NCBI GenBank assembly: GCA_024679065.1
Contig: JAGIQG010000009.1
Coordinates: 100,254,001 to 100,318,000 of the forward strand
Direction: 5' to 3'
Length of the DNA: 64,000 bases
Origin: Sphyrna mokarran
Lineage: Eukaryota
The position numbers and the translations under genes were made by a program. The notes under the pieces were generated by a model. The model made no database searches. It was given only the letters and a program-made list of their open reading frames with translations, and was not told the DNA's origin. Shown piece by piece: positions 1 to 12,800 of this stretch (the first letter of the stretch is position 1; every line of letters starts with the position of its first letter).

Positions 1-135
1 TGGTGTTGAAAATGGAAGCAAAACAGGTATTTGAAGTGACATGAAATAAGGGTCGATGTACCGATGAAGGAGTTGTGGGAGGGGGATCGAAGTGAAACCG
101 ACGCACGGAATGCCCCATGTAAATAAACAGGCATA
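1..135 (-). mobile_element. Penelope-like element, decayed reverse transcriptase fragment (runs off the window start)
   Basis: Minus strand reads, with frameshifts, YACLF..YMGHS...PLPQLLHRYID...FAS.F, matching the PLE RT region around the RYIDD motif. Confidence 0.6.
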
Positions 136-146
136 ATTGAGATCAG

Positions 147-815
147 TAAGACCGTAAGATATAGGAACAGAATTAGGCTACTCGGCCAATCGATCCTGTT
201 CTGCCATTTAATCATGGCTGATTCTTTTTTCCCTTCCCATCCTCTTGCTTTTTCCCCATTATCCCTAATCCCCTCGATAATCAGTAACTTATCTATCTCT
301 GTCTTAAAGACACTCAATAACCTGGCCTCCCCAGGCTTCTGCAGCAGAGTTTCACATATTCACCACTCTATGGCTGAATAAATTCCTCTTCATCTCTGGT
401 TAAAAGGGCTATCCTTTTAGCCTGAGTTGTCCCTCTGATTCTAGTTTTTCCTACTAATAGAAATATCTTCTTCAATTCCACACTATTCAGCCTTGCAGAA
501 TCCTGTAAGTTTCAATCAGATGTCCTAATCCTTCTACACTCCAAAAAAGATAGACCCAGATCCTCAGCCGTTCCTTATACAACAACCTCTTCATTCCAGA
601 GTTCATTCTTGTGAACCTGCTGTGGACCATTTCCAAGGCCAGCAAATCTTTCCTTAGCTATGGGACTCAAACTGCTCACAGTACTCCATATGGGATCTGA
701 CCAGAGCCTTATACAGACTCAAAAGTTCATCTGTCCCCTTGCATTCCAGCCCTCTCAACATAAATGCTAACATTGCATTTGCCTCCCTAACCGCCATTTG
801 AAAGTCCATGATAAC
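147..815 (-). mobile_element. CR1 LINE, 5'-truncated 3' fragment
   Basis: CR1 tail reverse complement taagaccgtaagatataggaacagaattaggc at 147. ORF 654..860 contains EANAMLAFMLRGLECK...LYKALVRSHMEYCEQF, the CR1 ORF2 C-terminal region. Confidence 0.9.
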
Positions 816-940
816 CTGAAGACAATCTTGAACAATGGCTTCCACACAGTATATTTGCATCCATATGGCATTAATAGCTGTAGCATTTTATTTGGAATAA
901 GTAAGACGAGTTCATGGAAAAAATGTTGAGAGAGTGAACC

Positions 941-1165
941 ACTGGTTTTTTGCAATGTTTTGGAGAAATCAAACACAAAGTAGAGGAAAAGCAGCTTATT
1001 TTCCCTTTGGGCATGTTACAGCCTTCTGCACTGAACATTGTGTTCAGAAACTTCAGAGCCTGAATTCGTTGCTCCACGTTCATGCCATGTCCATTTATCT
1101 AATTTCGCTTCCTTTCAACTTTTTCATCTGCTTTATCATCCTTCTTTATCGCCTCCATTTTTGCA
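941..1165 (+). mobile_element. Penelope-like element: GIY-YIG endonuclease C-terminus plus start of the 3' UTR
   Basis: 941-1063 translates TGFLQCFGEIKHKVEEKQLIFPLGMLQPSALNIVFRNFRA*, resembling the PLE terminus RKLEEQHLIFRLGTLQPxGLN. A pyrimidine-rich tract follows. Confidence 0.75.
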
Positions 1166-1674
1166 GAAGCAGGCAAAAATGTCTTATCCCCATGTCCTGG
1201 TAATCATGGCTATCCAAGAGGATCTCGAACCTGTACTGACATTGTTTGAAATTTTAACAAAAAAAAAGTGCAGATGCTGGAATCTGAACCAGAAACAGAA
1301 AATTCTGGAAAAAAAATAGCAGGTCTGACAACATTAATGGGGCCCGAATAGTGCCAACATTTCGAGTCTTGATTGTCCTTCATCACGGCTGACAGCGAAA
1401 AGGATCAGCGGAGATTTATTCATATAGGGTGAGGGTGCGATGGGACAAAGTGAATGTAAACGAGGATGCAGAAGGTTATGAAAATGCTACGAAAGTGTCA
1501 ATTATGTGATCAGAATTCATGAATGACAAAACAGAGAAGCAGATTGTTCAAGGACTGCCTGAGAAATGTGGGGTGCTGGAAGGAGGCAAAAAGCAGAGCT
1601 GGAATGGAAAGTGCAAAAATGGAGGCGATAAAGAAGGATGATGAAGCAGATGAAAAAGTTGAAAGGAAGCGAAA
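1103..1674. repeat. 63 bp inverted repeat (1103-1165 and 1612-1674), 62/63 identical, 446 bp spacer
   Basis: Direct comparison of tttcgcttcc...ccatttttgca with tgcaaaaatgg...ggaagcgaaa shows one mismatch. Confidence 0.97.
1258..1674 (-). mobile_element. Penelope-like element 3' UTR and terminal repeat (pLTR) with a decayed hammerhead motif
   Basis: gcagatgctggaatctgaaccagaaacagaaaattctggaaa...agcaggtctgacaacatt is the typical shark PLE terminus. The minus strand at about 1353-1390 reads GCC-GUGAUGA-...-GAAA-UGUU-GGC, a mutated hammerhead core. Confidence 0.75.
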
Positions 1675-3499
1675 AAGATAATGTGCACAGAAACTTCTAA
1701 GGGGCGTTTTCTCTCCAGTAATTGGGCCTGCATTCTCTGTCCCAAAACATCCACCCTCCTGCCCGCAGTGACACTATTCTTATGACCAATTGCAAGAACG
1801 AAATAGTGTTCTATTCATATGCATCATTATTAGAAATGTAAGGATTAGAAGAAGATAAATACGATAAATATTGCAAAACCTTGACATTATGCAACCTTTG
1901 CCAACAATCACACGTTCTTTTAGTATATTACACTATTCGGATTCAAGTATAACACAGGCTAACAAATCAAAAACAGGTAGTCCACTGAATTAACATGTTA
2001 TAGCCATATTATGTTACCACCTGAATTATCACATTGTAATCATATTATGGCTATATGATACTTTCTAACCATGACACTGCACATGCCTGGACCTTGGAGT
2101 GATTAAGGTAACAGCGTGAGGTGTACAGTATAACCAAATGAACTCCCTGGATTTCAAAAATAAAGGATGAAGCCTGCTTTAGTATGCATATATTATTCCC
2201 GGCATCATAATGAATAACGTCAGAAAAGTTGAAACATAGATGGGTCTACGACAATGAGTAAAATAGAGGATCAGTGATGACCAGTAGATTATGAGTTGAA
2301 ATGATTGCCATTAGCAGAGATCAGATAGGCTTACGAACAAAATATGACATGCCCCTTCAAATTTAATTTAATAAGCTTTCATATCGGGATTAAGCAATCT
2401 TGTAAACCTATTCTCTGAAGATTCAGGCGCTTACATCATGTAATTCCAAGAGTTTTTATAAATCACTTTGTACATCATCGCATGACGCCTCACACATGCC
2501 ATACCGAATATTAGGTAATATCGAAAGCATTTTGGAGACCAGCACATCGTGTAATCCAGTAAGCATTTCACTTTTCAGCTACTTTGAACAAGTCATATTA
2601 AAAAAAAAGTGAATAGCAAATTTCTTGTAATAAAATTTGGATTTAAATTTCAGGAGGGTACTATTTCTCGGTCTTCAGTGAAGTGTATGTGTTTTTTTTA
2701 TATGTCAGTCTGAATAGGAAAGTGCTGTTCAGGCCTAATTCTTAATTCAAAATACGGCATGAGTTTTTGGCCTTGAGTTAACATGCAAGCATAATGTTTC
2801 GGATTCTTTGAAATGAGTGGTTATACTGGCATTGCCAATGAGAGGAATATTATTCGTTTATGATTGGCGGAGGGATTCCTTCATTTTGTTTATGGATGCG
2901 CTTTGTTGCTTTATGGAACGGATCCTATCAAAAGAGGGACCAGTATGCATTTTTTTTTAGAAATGTAAGAAGGCAAGCAAGACCTTGCTTCTTTCGCCTC
3001 GAACGAAAGAGCCCTGATTATCATGTCTTCCTGTCCCGTTTATTTGGCAATTTACACAACAGTTCTTCTGGCATACGCTATTTTACATTGTTTTTAATAG
3101 GAAGGTGCTTCTTCTTGGTGTAAAGGTGTTGTCGGGGGCAAGGAAAATAATATCCGAGTTGCTTGCAAAGTCTGAGAATCTATTTTATTTTGAATGTTGC
3201 GAGATGTTGGTCCCTCCATTATCAAACTTATTCCTATAATGCTTTCCATAAGAAATATGGCTCTTTCTCTAGTATCCCATAAGAGAAGGCGTATATCGTT
3301 ATACAATATAATTATAGATTAATTGTTTTATACTCGTTGCCCCAATTTCTGAACCAATCGTTTTATTGTTATTAAATTTGAAGGTGCCAGTTGTAATTGC
3401 AATTAGTCATTCGAATCAATCCTGCTCATGCCCTGAGATTTTTTTTCTATATGTATATGTAGAAATATGCTATACAGAGTAACGCTTGAGGTTTTGTTG

Positions 3500-4760
3500 C
3501 GTTGTTTGGCATTACTTGTTGAAAACGAAAAAAAAAAGTACGTTTTAATATTTAACACCCTCACAGTGGCGCTATTTATCCCCGTTATTAATCAGATGCC
3601 CAAAGGAGAAAATGACTGTGCTATGCTGATTTTTTTTTTGTCAATAAATTGATACTGAGAAGCAATTGTCTTTAAATTGCTTTTTTTTTAGAAGCATAAA
3701 TTGCATAAAGTGAACGGATTTGTTTTACCTGTTCTGACTCTCGCTATGTTTTCCTCTGTGGGGTTAAACAAATAAAAGATCTAAATATCGAATTGCACAT
3801 AGATAATAAATATCACCAGACAATATTGAAGAGCGGTCTTTGAGGGATTTGTTGGGGATGGAGGGGGAGAGCGATGGGATACCCATTTAAACAATCAATG
3901 CCTCCATTCCTCATACATAGTAAACATAAATATTTGACGATTTTATGTACTGCTTTATAATGTGTGTAATATTTTCCAGAGCCATTGATAGTTGCCGGTT
4001 TAAGATGTTGGTGGGGGCCGCTTCACTTTGCCGGTCAACAAGGAACTGCCGTATTGCAGGTTTACCCCACAATATTATGCAATTTAACATAACTCCCCAA
4101 TCTGAAACATAAATATTATGGTCTCGTGTCTGAAACTTTGTTTTTTTCAGTTTTTTTTTATTTTCTAACAGATATTGTTTTCACCTTAGCAAGACAAAAA
4201 TCTCTTCTTAAATCCTTTATATTCGGAGTGATTATGCTTCGGCCATTAGCACTATAATGGGAAAAAAAGCTTGCCTTTGTTCTAAGTGGGCCGCTTGGAG
4301 TTATATGTGCAACTGAAGATGTTTTGCCAGCTTGGGCATTTGGAAAACCACAGGGTTAAAATAAAAGTTCTTAAAGTGCTCTACGTAATGAATATGTAAA
4401 TATGGTGCTTTCGCGTCTTTGTTCTGACACACCGTTCCCTTGGCGAAAATGACATATATTGTACTCAATTTCATTTTATTTGTTTTCTTTAATTCTGTGC
4501 ATTCATGGAGAGGAAATGTAGAACAACTTAAAGAAAAGCCAATTGTCCATTCATTAATAGCAGCATCTTAAACAAAACATTAAATGTGGAATTAGCAGTC
4601 ACTGCTGAATCTTTCTTTCATGGAGGAGGCGAGCCTGCAAATCATTTTCGTTTCCATTAATGTGACTAATTCGGAAGGAAGTTTAAATTCATCAGCACAG
4701 GAAATTCGTTTTTGCGCAATAATTACGAATAGAGTTTCCAGCGAGTGGTGTTAATTGCTT
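3500..4760. promoter_or_regulatory. Repeat-free block, candidate cluster of conserved non-coding elements
   Basis: No recognisable TE and no credible ORF. Dense TAAT/ATTA, TTTAT, ATTGT/TTTGT and octamer-like motifs. Inference only; no alignment was possible. Confidence 0.4.
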
Positions 4761-5429
4761 CACTCTCCATCATTTTAAAAGGGGTGAACATTTCTTAGTA
4801 CCGCTTCTGACTTTACATCTCCCTCTGGGAATCTGTGACTTAGGATCATAAGTCTGAGCTGTTCTTGTCCGCTCAGCACCTTATTAATCATTTGGGTACC
4901 TTGGGAATTCAATTGCATGGACTAATGGACTGGAACTAGGCAAAGTTTTCGTGATATAAATTGTTTTGCAGGGGATAACACCTGCACTTCCAAGGATCCA
5001 ATTTCAGCAGATAGCACATTTTATCATTTCTGTTGTTGGCTGACCACTGAACTTCTTTCAACACTTCTGAGATTGGTTCATTGTCGTTAGCGAAGGAAAC
5101 CTGCTACGCATATCTGGTCAGAACGACGTGTAACTCCATATCCACAATAATGCAGTTTGACACACAAAGGCCCTTTAAAAAAATGCCATGTATTCATTGA
5201 CTGGATCTTGGTGCCGAAAGGAGAATTTCGAAGTTTTCAAATACCTCCCAGCATTATCGACATTGGGAACGACATTGTAGAACTTCGAAAACATACTGAC
5301 AATATCTGAACTGGGCACATGGGTAACTGAGTAAGTTGAGTGTACAGAAGTGTGAGGCAGGAAGAACAGACATAGATTATATTATTTCACAGAACAAATC
5401 GTAAAAGAAAGATTGCTGCATTAGAGGGG

Positions 5430-6000
5430 ACTGAATGTATAAGTGCATGCATCACGGAACTTAACAGGGCACTTGGGAAAATAATTAATAAAACAGACAA
5501 TATCGTATAATGCATTAACAGAGACACGAAATGCAGGAGCAGGAATGTTATTAAAACGTTTTCTAAGGACATAAATGATCTCTCATTGGTGTACTACACA
5601 AAGCTCTGAGCCCTACACTATTTGAGGGATGTGGATGTCTTGGCAAAAGCACAGAACATTTTCATGAAAACGTTTCACGTGATGAGTAACTTCTGGTGGG
5701 AGGAAAAATAGGAAAACAGGGTTGCTCTTCGACTAAAGGAAATAGAGCAAATGAGCCTTGAATGTGTTGTTTAGTATCCCAGGTCGCTGGAAAGATTGAA
5801 CAAGGGGAAACAGCAACCGCTCGTAAAACAGTGAAGATCGAAAGAGTATACGTTGAAAACGATGTTCAAAACTATGAAATATGGTGTGAGAAAAATAACA
5901 GCGACTGTTTCGAATATGGGATGCACAGCTTGGACATGTTTTCTTTTACAGCAGATTAAATCGATACATTCGAGGGGACATCAGATGAATATGTGGATGG
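5430..6000 (+). mobile_element. Ancient CR1 3' fragment
   Basis: Degenerate match to EYKSREVMLKLYK..LEYC.QFW.PHY.KDV (aaatgcaggagcaggaatgttattaaaa...ctacactatttgagggatgtggatgtcttgg). Confidence 0.55.
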
Positions 6001-6139
6001 AAGTAATTTGATATGATGAAAGTAACTGGAAAATTGTCCTACTTCTTAACACGTATTTTCAATGTTAGTGCAGCCGTGATTGTCCAAAGGTCCCAAAAAT
6101 TCTGTGAATTTCTGCAAAACGAAATTACTATTTCTTTTA

Positions 6140-8940
6140 CGTTTGAAACGTTGACAATTAAAGTTGATCAATTAACTGCGCATATTAATGTAAACGAATT
6201 TGATACAGAGTTGATTGAGGAGACATGGCAACTCGTTTACCAAAGATGATAACTGAACGTCCAGGGGTATTCAATAGTTACACAGTTGACACAAAAAGTA
6301 AACTTGGTGGAGTTGGACTGCTGTTTAAAAAAAAAACATAAGGAGCATACATAAGGGATACTAGTTCTAACAATGTGGAATATGCGTGGGTAGAATAAAG
6401 AAATGGCAAGGGGCACTAAACTTAAGTCAGAAATGTATATAGGCCCACAAACTCGAGTGGTGACTATTGGAATAAGATTAAACAAGAAATTAGAAATGCA
6501 TGTAGTGAAGAAGCATATTTAATTTTAGATTATTTTAAACTGCATATAGATCAGGCAAATTAAGTTAGTGACAATGGCGGAGAGGAGATTTTTCTTGAAT
6601 GATCGCTAGATGGATTTGTCGAACTTGAGGAAAAATGTAGAGGTGAGAAAATTCAAGGCCGAGTATTTTTGAACATGAAATTTTATTATTGGCTATCTAG
6701 GTGAGCGCGACCCATTGGAAATGAGATGTTATAACATATTTGATTTACTTCAAGATGTAAAGTGGTGTGGTTGATTCTGGTAATTGGGTCCTGAGTTTTC
6801 ATAAAAAGAATCTGCATTAGAGACATGAGTTGGCTATGATTACAATGAGAAGCATTAATCAAATGGTTGGTAATGGATCGACAATGACAGACATTAAATG
6901 AACACACGTGTGCCTTTAAACAGTTACTTGTTTCTCTATTTTGCAATAATTAAACTGCAATGTTGGCCAAAGCATGCTTACAAGAAAAAGTAAAGATACA
7001 ATTAGGTCCAAGGGTGAGCCATATACATTGGACAAAACATGCACCTGAGGATTGAGAGCAGTTTATGATTCAGCAAAGAATCTCCCAATGATTGAGTAAG
7101 AAGTGAACACAGAGTTCCAGAGTAATATTTCTGAGAGCGTAAAAGATGACAGTGAAAGCCTTGATAGGACGTGAGGACATAAACATTGGTGAATGAAAAA
7201 TCAATAACAGGAGAATTTATAATGAAAAGGCAATTGCTGATCTAATCAATACATTTTTGAGTTTGTCTTCATAACGAAGAACACAAATAAGATGCCAAAA
7301 TGATGGGAACACAGGCCTTAGCGAGAGAGTGGATATGAAGCAATTGGTTTGGGCAAATGTTAGAATTGAAGGACAATAAGTCCAAACAGCCTGATAATCT
7401 CCAAGCCAGTGTACTTAAAGAAGTGTGTCGATGCACGTTAGATAATTTGTGGCCATCTTTCAACATTGTGTAGACTCTGGAACAGTTACTTCAGATTGAT
7501 GCATAGCTCCTATAACCACTCTACGTTAAGGAGGAGATCGAGAGAAAACGGAATATTATAGACCAATCAGTTTGACGTTGGTATTGTGGAAAAATTCAAA
7601 TGTTTTATAGCAAAATTCTTGAAAAACAGTGGCAGGATTGGACGGAATCTGTATGGAATAGGGAAATCATGATTGATAAATGCACCAGACATTTTTGATA
7701 ATACACCTCCTTGAGGTGATAAGGTTCGGGAGGTGGTGGCGGAGAGGGGCGGCTGGGGCAGGCGCAGGGGCGGGTTGCGAGGGGAAGAGGGAATGAATTG
7801 ATGCGACTTAGTTGGACTTACAGAAGGATCAAGCATATGGAATTCGGGTCGTGTAATGAAAACAAACATAAGTTGATTGACAGAAGCCAAACAAATGGGA
7901 GGAATAAACGTTTTATTTTCCAAACGGCGGATAGTGCATAATAAGTTATTATAGGGACCGTTGCTGTAAGTTCAATATATTTATGCTACAGTTTGCTGAT
8001 ATACATTAATTCATTAATTGTATAAACTCCAGATGTTCAGATAAGAAAATCCGGGTCGGAGGGTAAGCTGTGAGAAGTATGCAGAGATGCTTCAATGTGA
8101 TTTGGACACATCACATGTCTCGGCAAACGAATGGCAGGTGCAGCATAATTTGGATAAAATTGTGGTTATTCTTGTTGGTAGCAAAAACAGGAAGACAGAT
8201 TACTTCGCGAACGGCCTTAAATTAGGAATGGGTAATTTGTAAGAGGCTCGAGAGCCTTCGTGCACCAATAAGTGAAGATATGCAGACAACAAAATAGACA
8301 AATGGAATATTGGCCATCAAAACGAAAAGATTCAGAACAAACAATTGGATGTCTTGTTGCATTTATAGAAGGCCTTTTTGAGGCCAGACCTTGAACATTA
8401 TGTACTATTTTTGTCTCCTTGTCTGAAGAAGGGATCCTTCTGGTAGAGGACGTGCACAGTTGATTTTCTAGATTGATTCCTGAGGACGACAAGATTGACA
8501 ATGCACGAGAGATTATGTTGATTAGGATTGTATTCCCTGAAGTTGAGAATAATGAAGGGAATATGGTAGAAGCCTTTAAAATTCTAACAGGAGTGGAAAC
8601 GTAGATGCAGTAAGGATAGCCCCTATAGCTGCGCTGTGCAAAACCAGTGATCATTTTCTCATGGTGCAGGGTAGACTATTTAGCATTATGATGAGGCGAA
8701 ATGTATTCAGCCTGAAATATCAATCTATGGAATTCGTTATCACTGCAAATAGTTGAGGCCAAAACATTGGACGTTATCAAATAGCAGCCAGAAATAGGAA
8801 TTAAGGTGAACGGGTACAACGGATATGTAGTAAGAATGTATCATGTTATGGAAATGCATTAACAGCCATAATCATAATGAAAAAAAAGCTTGAAAGGCGT
8901 AATTCACTTTGCTAGCTCCGAGTTGCTCTGGTTGTATGTT
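6140..8940 (+). mobile_element. Old CR1 LINE, endonuclease through RT to 3' UTR, heavily decayed
   Basis: Collinear remnants: KVDQLTAHINVNEFD..IEETW (APE endonuclease), KSxxPD (7378), YRPISLTLV (7557), KCEVIH-like (8155), RPDLEHYV.F.SP (8382), and a 3' tail near 8930. Confidence 0.85.
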
Positions 8941-9484
8941 GCAGAAATGTAAGCTACACTTTTTCTCAAGATAATTCTGTGCAGACCGTTGCAATCGCTG
9001 GTAACCATGCAACTAGCTGGCTTTAAACTTCGTTGTTCCAAAAATCGCTTCTGTTCACACAGGGCATACAGCACACATTCCAAACAAACATCTAACAGTA
9101 TTAATGAACTCACCGTCCTCTTTCAAATGTTTGTCCATTTCTATAAATAATAATAATAATAATTAATCATCTTCATCAGGATCTCCTTGAACAGCGAGTA
9201 GTTCGTTGCGTTAGCAATGAGTTGAAATGAAGTGGCATGTTGTGTGCTTTGTTTCCAAATTTATCGGTTGTATACATTTACGTTTTGGCACAACTCTGAA
9301 AAAAAAAACTCGCTGTTGTTTCCTCAGTGCAGTAGTATGGCATAATCATTTTCTTTTTGCTTCCTTCCATGTCTTTGTCTTACACGTTGGCGGAATGTTG
9401 TCGATGCTGCTACAATATGTTAACTCAGTATCTACTTTTGTTGTCAATCACATCATACCTGAAACATAGCTGTCATTCGGCTAG

Positions 9485-9643
9485 TTAGGATTAAGTGATA
9501 AACTGATCTGGCTGTCTTATAACATGGGGACTGGATGTTTTTACCACATTTGTTCGTTCAGCCAATTAGGATTAAGTGATAAAGCCATCTGGCTGTCTTA
9601 TAAAATGGGGTTCGGATGTTGTTACCTCATTTGTTCTAACCAA
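9485..9643. repeat. Tandem duplication, 81 bp unit x2
   Basis: ttaggattaagtgataaa...tctggctgtcttataa.atgggg...catttgttc starts at 9485 and again at 9566. Confidence 0.95.
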
Positions 9644-10056
9644 TGTTTAACTTACAGTTGACCAATCAAATTAAAGGAAAAAAAAACAACTTTTTTTAGT
9701 TTTATTATCGCAGTGCACATCAATAATGACCATGCAACTGGTTGGCATTTTCTTTTCCGTCGCCGTTGCAAAAATTACATCTGTTCACGCAGGGAATATT
9801 GCATACATTTCTCGGAGACTATTGTGGACAAAATACATTTGAATCCTGTGCTTGTCTGAAACGTGATTGAAAGTGATAACTGATTCGCCCGAATTGGAGC
9901 AGTCCAGTCCCTAATGCATTGCATATTTGCCTCGGACAAACCATGTTAGTTGCAGTGCGTGCATTTTAAATTAAAAGTCATCTTGGTATGTTCCTTCATT
10001 CCTCCGGAACTGGATAATCTACTGACCGCCTCATCCTCTTCCACGTCTTAAATTCT

Positions 10057-10183
10057 GGGTGGAATCTTACCGACATGTCCATCCGAGGTTCGTGCAATCG
10101 TTCTCATGGCCAAGAAAGAACGCCATTCTCCCAGCCTCTACCACCCCCGCAACTGGGGCGGGTGTATTTGTAAAATTCCCCCC
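10057..10183. mobile_element. MITE, PIF/Harbinger-like
   Basis: TIRs GGGTGGAATCTTAC and GTAAAATTCCCCCC (12/14 complementary), flanked by the 3 bp direct repeat TCT (10054-56, 10184-86). Confidence 0.7.
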
Positions 10184-10537
10184 TCTATGTCACATTCTGT
10201 CAAATGAAGTCCGTGGAAAAACGGTAACAATTCCTGAATAGACTTTCTGATCATTATTTTCCTCAATCGCTGCAATGTAGAGGGATTAACTTCAAAACCT
10301 CGTCTATTTCAACTCTGTAAAATAAAAAAAAAACTGTTTTCGTGATCTCAGTACATCAATCTCACAGTTTGCCATAGTTTTATACTCGCTGACTGCTCAT
10401 TTTGCTTGGCTTTCAAATTCACTTCTTTACCACAACAAGTCTCGCTACTCGAAAATGATCAATAGCAGTCAACACAATTTCTGAATATTTCCATAAATCG
10501 CTATAGTCCCAAATTCAGGTCAAACAGAACAAAAATA

Positions 10538-10842
10538 TTAAAGTGTTTTTATTAGTTACAAGTGTGCATACATGAACACTGTAATGAAGTTTCTGTGAAA
10601 ATCCTACTGTCACCACACTCTTGTGCCTGATCGGGTATACTGAGCGAGATTTTTTGTTAGGTTGGCCATTCCACCTAACCTGCACACCTTTCAACTGTGG
10701 GTGGAAACCGAAGCACAAGGAGGAAACCCACACAGAGACGGGAAGAACATGTAGAAACCCACACAAACACTGTGAGAATGTGTAGACTCCACAGAGACAA
10801 TGACACCAGCCAGGAATCGAACCTAGCTCTGTGAGGCAGCAG
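10538..10842 (-). mobile_element. tRNA-derived shark SINE (HE1-like body)
   Basis: B-box reverse complement ggaatcgaacc near 10813. Body ggaaaccgaagcacaaggaggaaacccacacagagacgggaagaacatg, with an internal duplication of gaaacccacaca. The tail is shared with the SINEs at 17788 and 27813. Confidence 0.9.
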
Positions 10843-11547
10843 TTCATGGGGCAAAACATGGAATAAGTGAACTCAATGTGAAATCACCCAGAATTATCTC
10901 ACATGCCCAACTCCCTTGCCTTTTAGCATTCCTTTAAAATATTACAAACAGTCTCCGAATTTCTGAAAAGTATCTTCATTGTTAGATTCTGTGTGTAAGC
11001 CACATATTCTGTTTAACAAACCCTTTTCCCCAAGAGAGATGCCTTACTTTAATTATCGTAATTTCAAATCATGAATAGTACGGTTATCTACTCAAGTGCC
11101 TGATATGAGTGATCAATAGCAAGCACTATATCTTTGCACTAAACCATCTCAACTTAATTTCCGGTTTCATTTCGTATCCGTACAATCGGTTTCTTTCAGT
11201 TGTAATAACGATTATTTTCTCCGCATAGCTCCCCTATCATACCCTCGTCTTATGTTAATTGATACGTAGCACACTAACACTCCGGCTCTTTGTCGGCACG
11301 GTGACTAGTCCTGGCAAAGTTTAGTCGAAGACTTTTCCAGTGGTATACCGCTCACATCTTGCTGACTAACTGTGCAGTGAACATGAACTTTTAGGTGAAT
11401 GTTTCCTTCCAAAAGTTTAAGCAAACATTAGTTTCCCAATGTCATTTATTTGGGTTCAGTTTTGGCATGGTTCAATGATTTACTCCCTGAGTTTTTTTTT
11501 GACCTAGCGCCTAGATGCCCATAGTTCCTACAAATAACCGACTTAGT

Positions 11548-11828
11548 AGAATATAAGAACATCAAAAATAGGAGCAGGGCTAGGCCATCTAGCCCTTCGA
11601 GTATGCCCCCATTCAAAAAGATCATCACTGATCTGAAGTGGATCAGTTCCACTTACCCGCCTGCTCTCCATAACCCTTAATTATCTTACCGATCAGAAAT
11701 CTATCTACCGATGACTTAAACATATTCAATCAGGTAGCGTCCACCACTTCAATAGGCAGAGATATTCAGAGATTCACAATCCTGTGAGAAAAGAAGTTCC
11801 TCCTGAAATCTGTTGTAAACTGCCCCCT
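11548..11828 (-). mobile_element. CR1 3' end
   Basis: ataagaacatcaaaaataggagcagggctaggccatctagcccttcgag tail, plus the reverse complement of the FFSxRIVNL coding region. Confidence 0.85.
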
Positions 11829-12514
11829 CCCCCACACACACCCAATTTGCTATTGGAAATCATTAATCAGTGGTACTTGCTGGAATCTGCAGCTAATTTA
11901 CATTATGAATTTGATAGCAGTATTGTTTCTTGTAATCCTGATAATCCAATGTAAGCTCTGGGCAATGTTCAACTAATTCTAATCCAACAAACGAAGAAGG
12001 TTTTGCCCGCTCCTTAGATACGTGGACATGCAACACAGTGCGTTTCTCCTGAATTATTGGTGTTGGTAAAATAGATAGTCATCTTGGCGATTTCTGGGCT
12101 TACTGCCGTTGTCTATTTGATTGTAATACGCGAATTACTAATTAGCCGCTCAGCAAATCCGTGAGATACCTGGCCACTTACGACAAATCCAAATAACGAA
12201 AGTCCACAGTTTTAAAAATCTTCGTGAAAGAAATGTGCACCACAAGCACACTGTGCTTAGTTGCAACCTGAAAAGCTGACTCGACATTGGCTTATCAGGA
12301 AACTATAGTTTCAGGATCTTCTTCTAATTGTTTTTAGCATTTGTGATCAAGTTCTGGTTGGGACTTCAATTTTAGAAAAATAATAACTCACAAATGCGAA
12401 TACGGTCACATTGACCACGGCAGATATTAGTACATTTTCTTACCTGATTCTTTTTGGCGGAGTATGCTTTCTGCGAATATATTTAATAAAGACTGTTACC
12501 GATAAAATACGAGA

Positions 12515-12800
12515 TATAAGCATACATAGACATCGGAACACACAATGTGATATGTCAAGACTTTATGAATTATAATTCGATCATGATTGATCATCCTTCC
12601 CACCCCCAGTTTCTGGAATTGCCTCCATATCCATTGATATCAGTGGTATCCAGAAATCTATAGACTTCCTGACCAGTTCTTAATCATTGAGACCCCATAA
12701 CCACTTTGGCTGTGCATTCCGAAGATCCATGAACCCTTCACTGAACACATTCATCCACATTTCAGCCCTAAACTACTTGCTATCATTGCAAGTTGTTTTT
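12515..12800 (-). mobile_element. Ancient CR1 3' end
   Basis: Degenerate tail (catagacatcggaac...catgattgatcatcc...ccatatccattgat...cagaaatctat). Confidence 0.55.

Noticed and set aside
3980-4112. Possible exon after ttttccag encoding AIDSCRFKMLVGAASLC...
   Set aside because: No recognisable domain and no good donor site. A non-coding element is more plausible.
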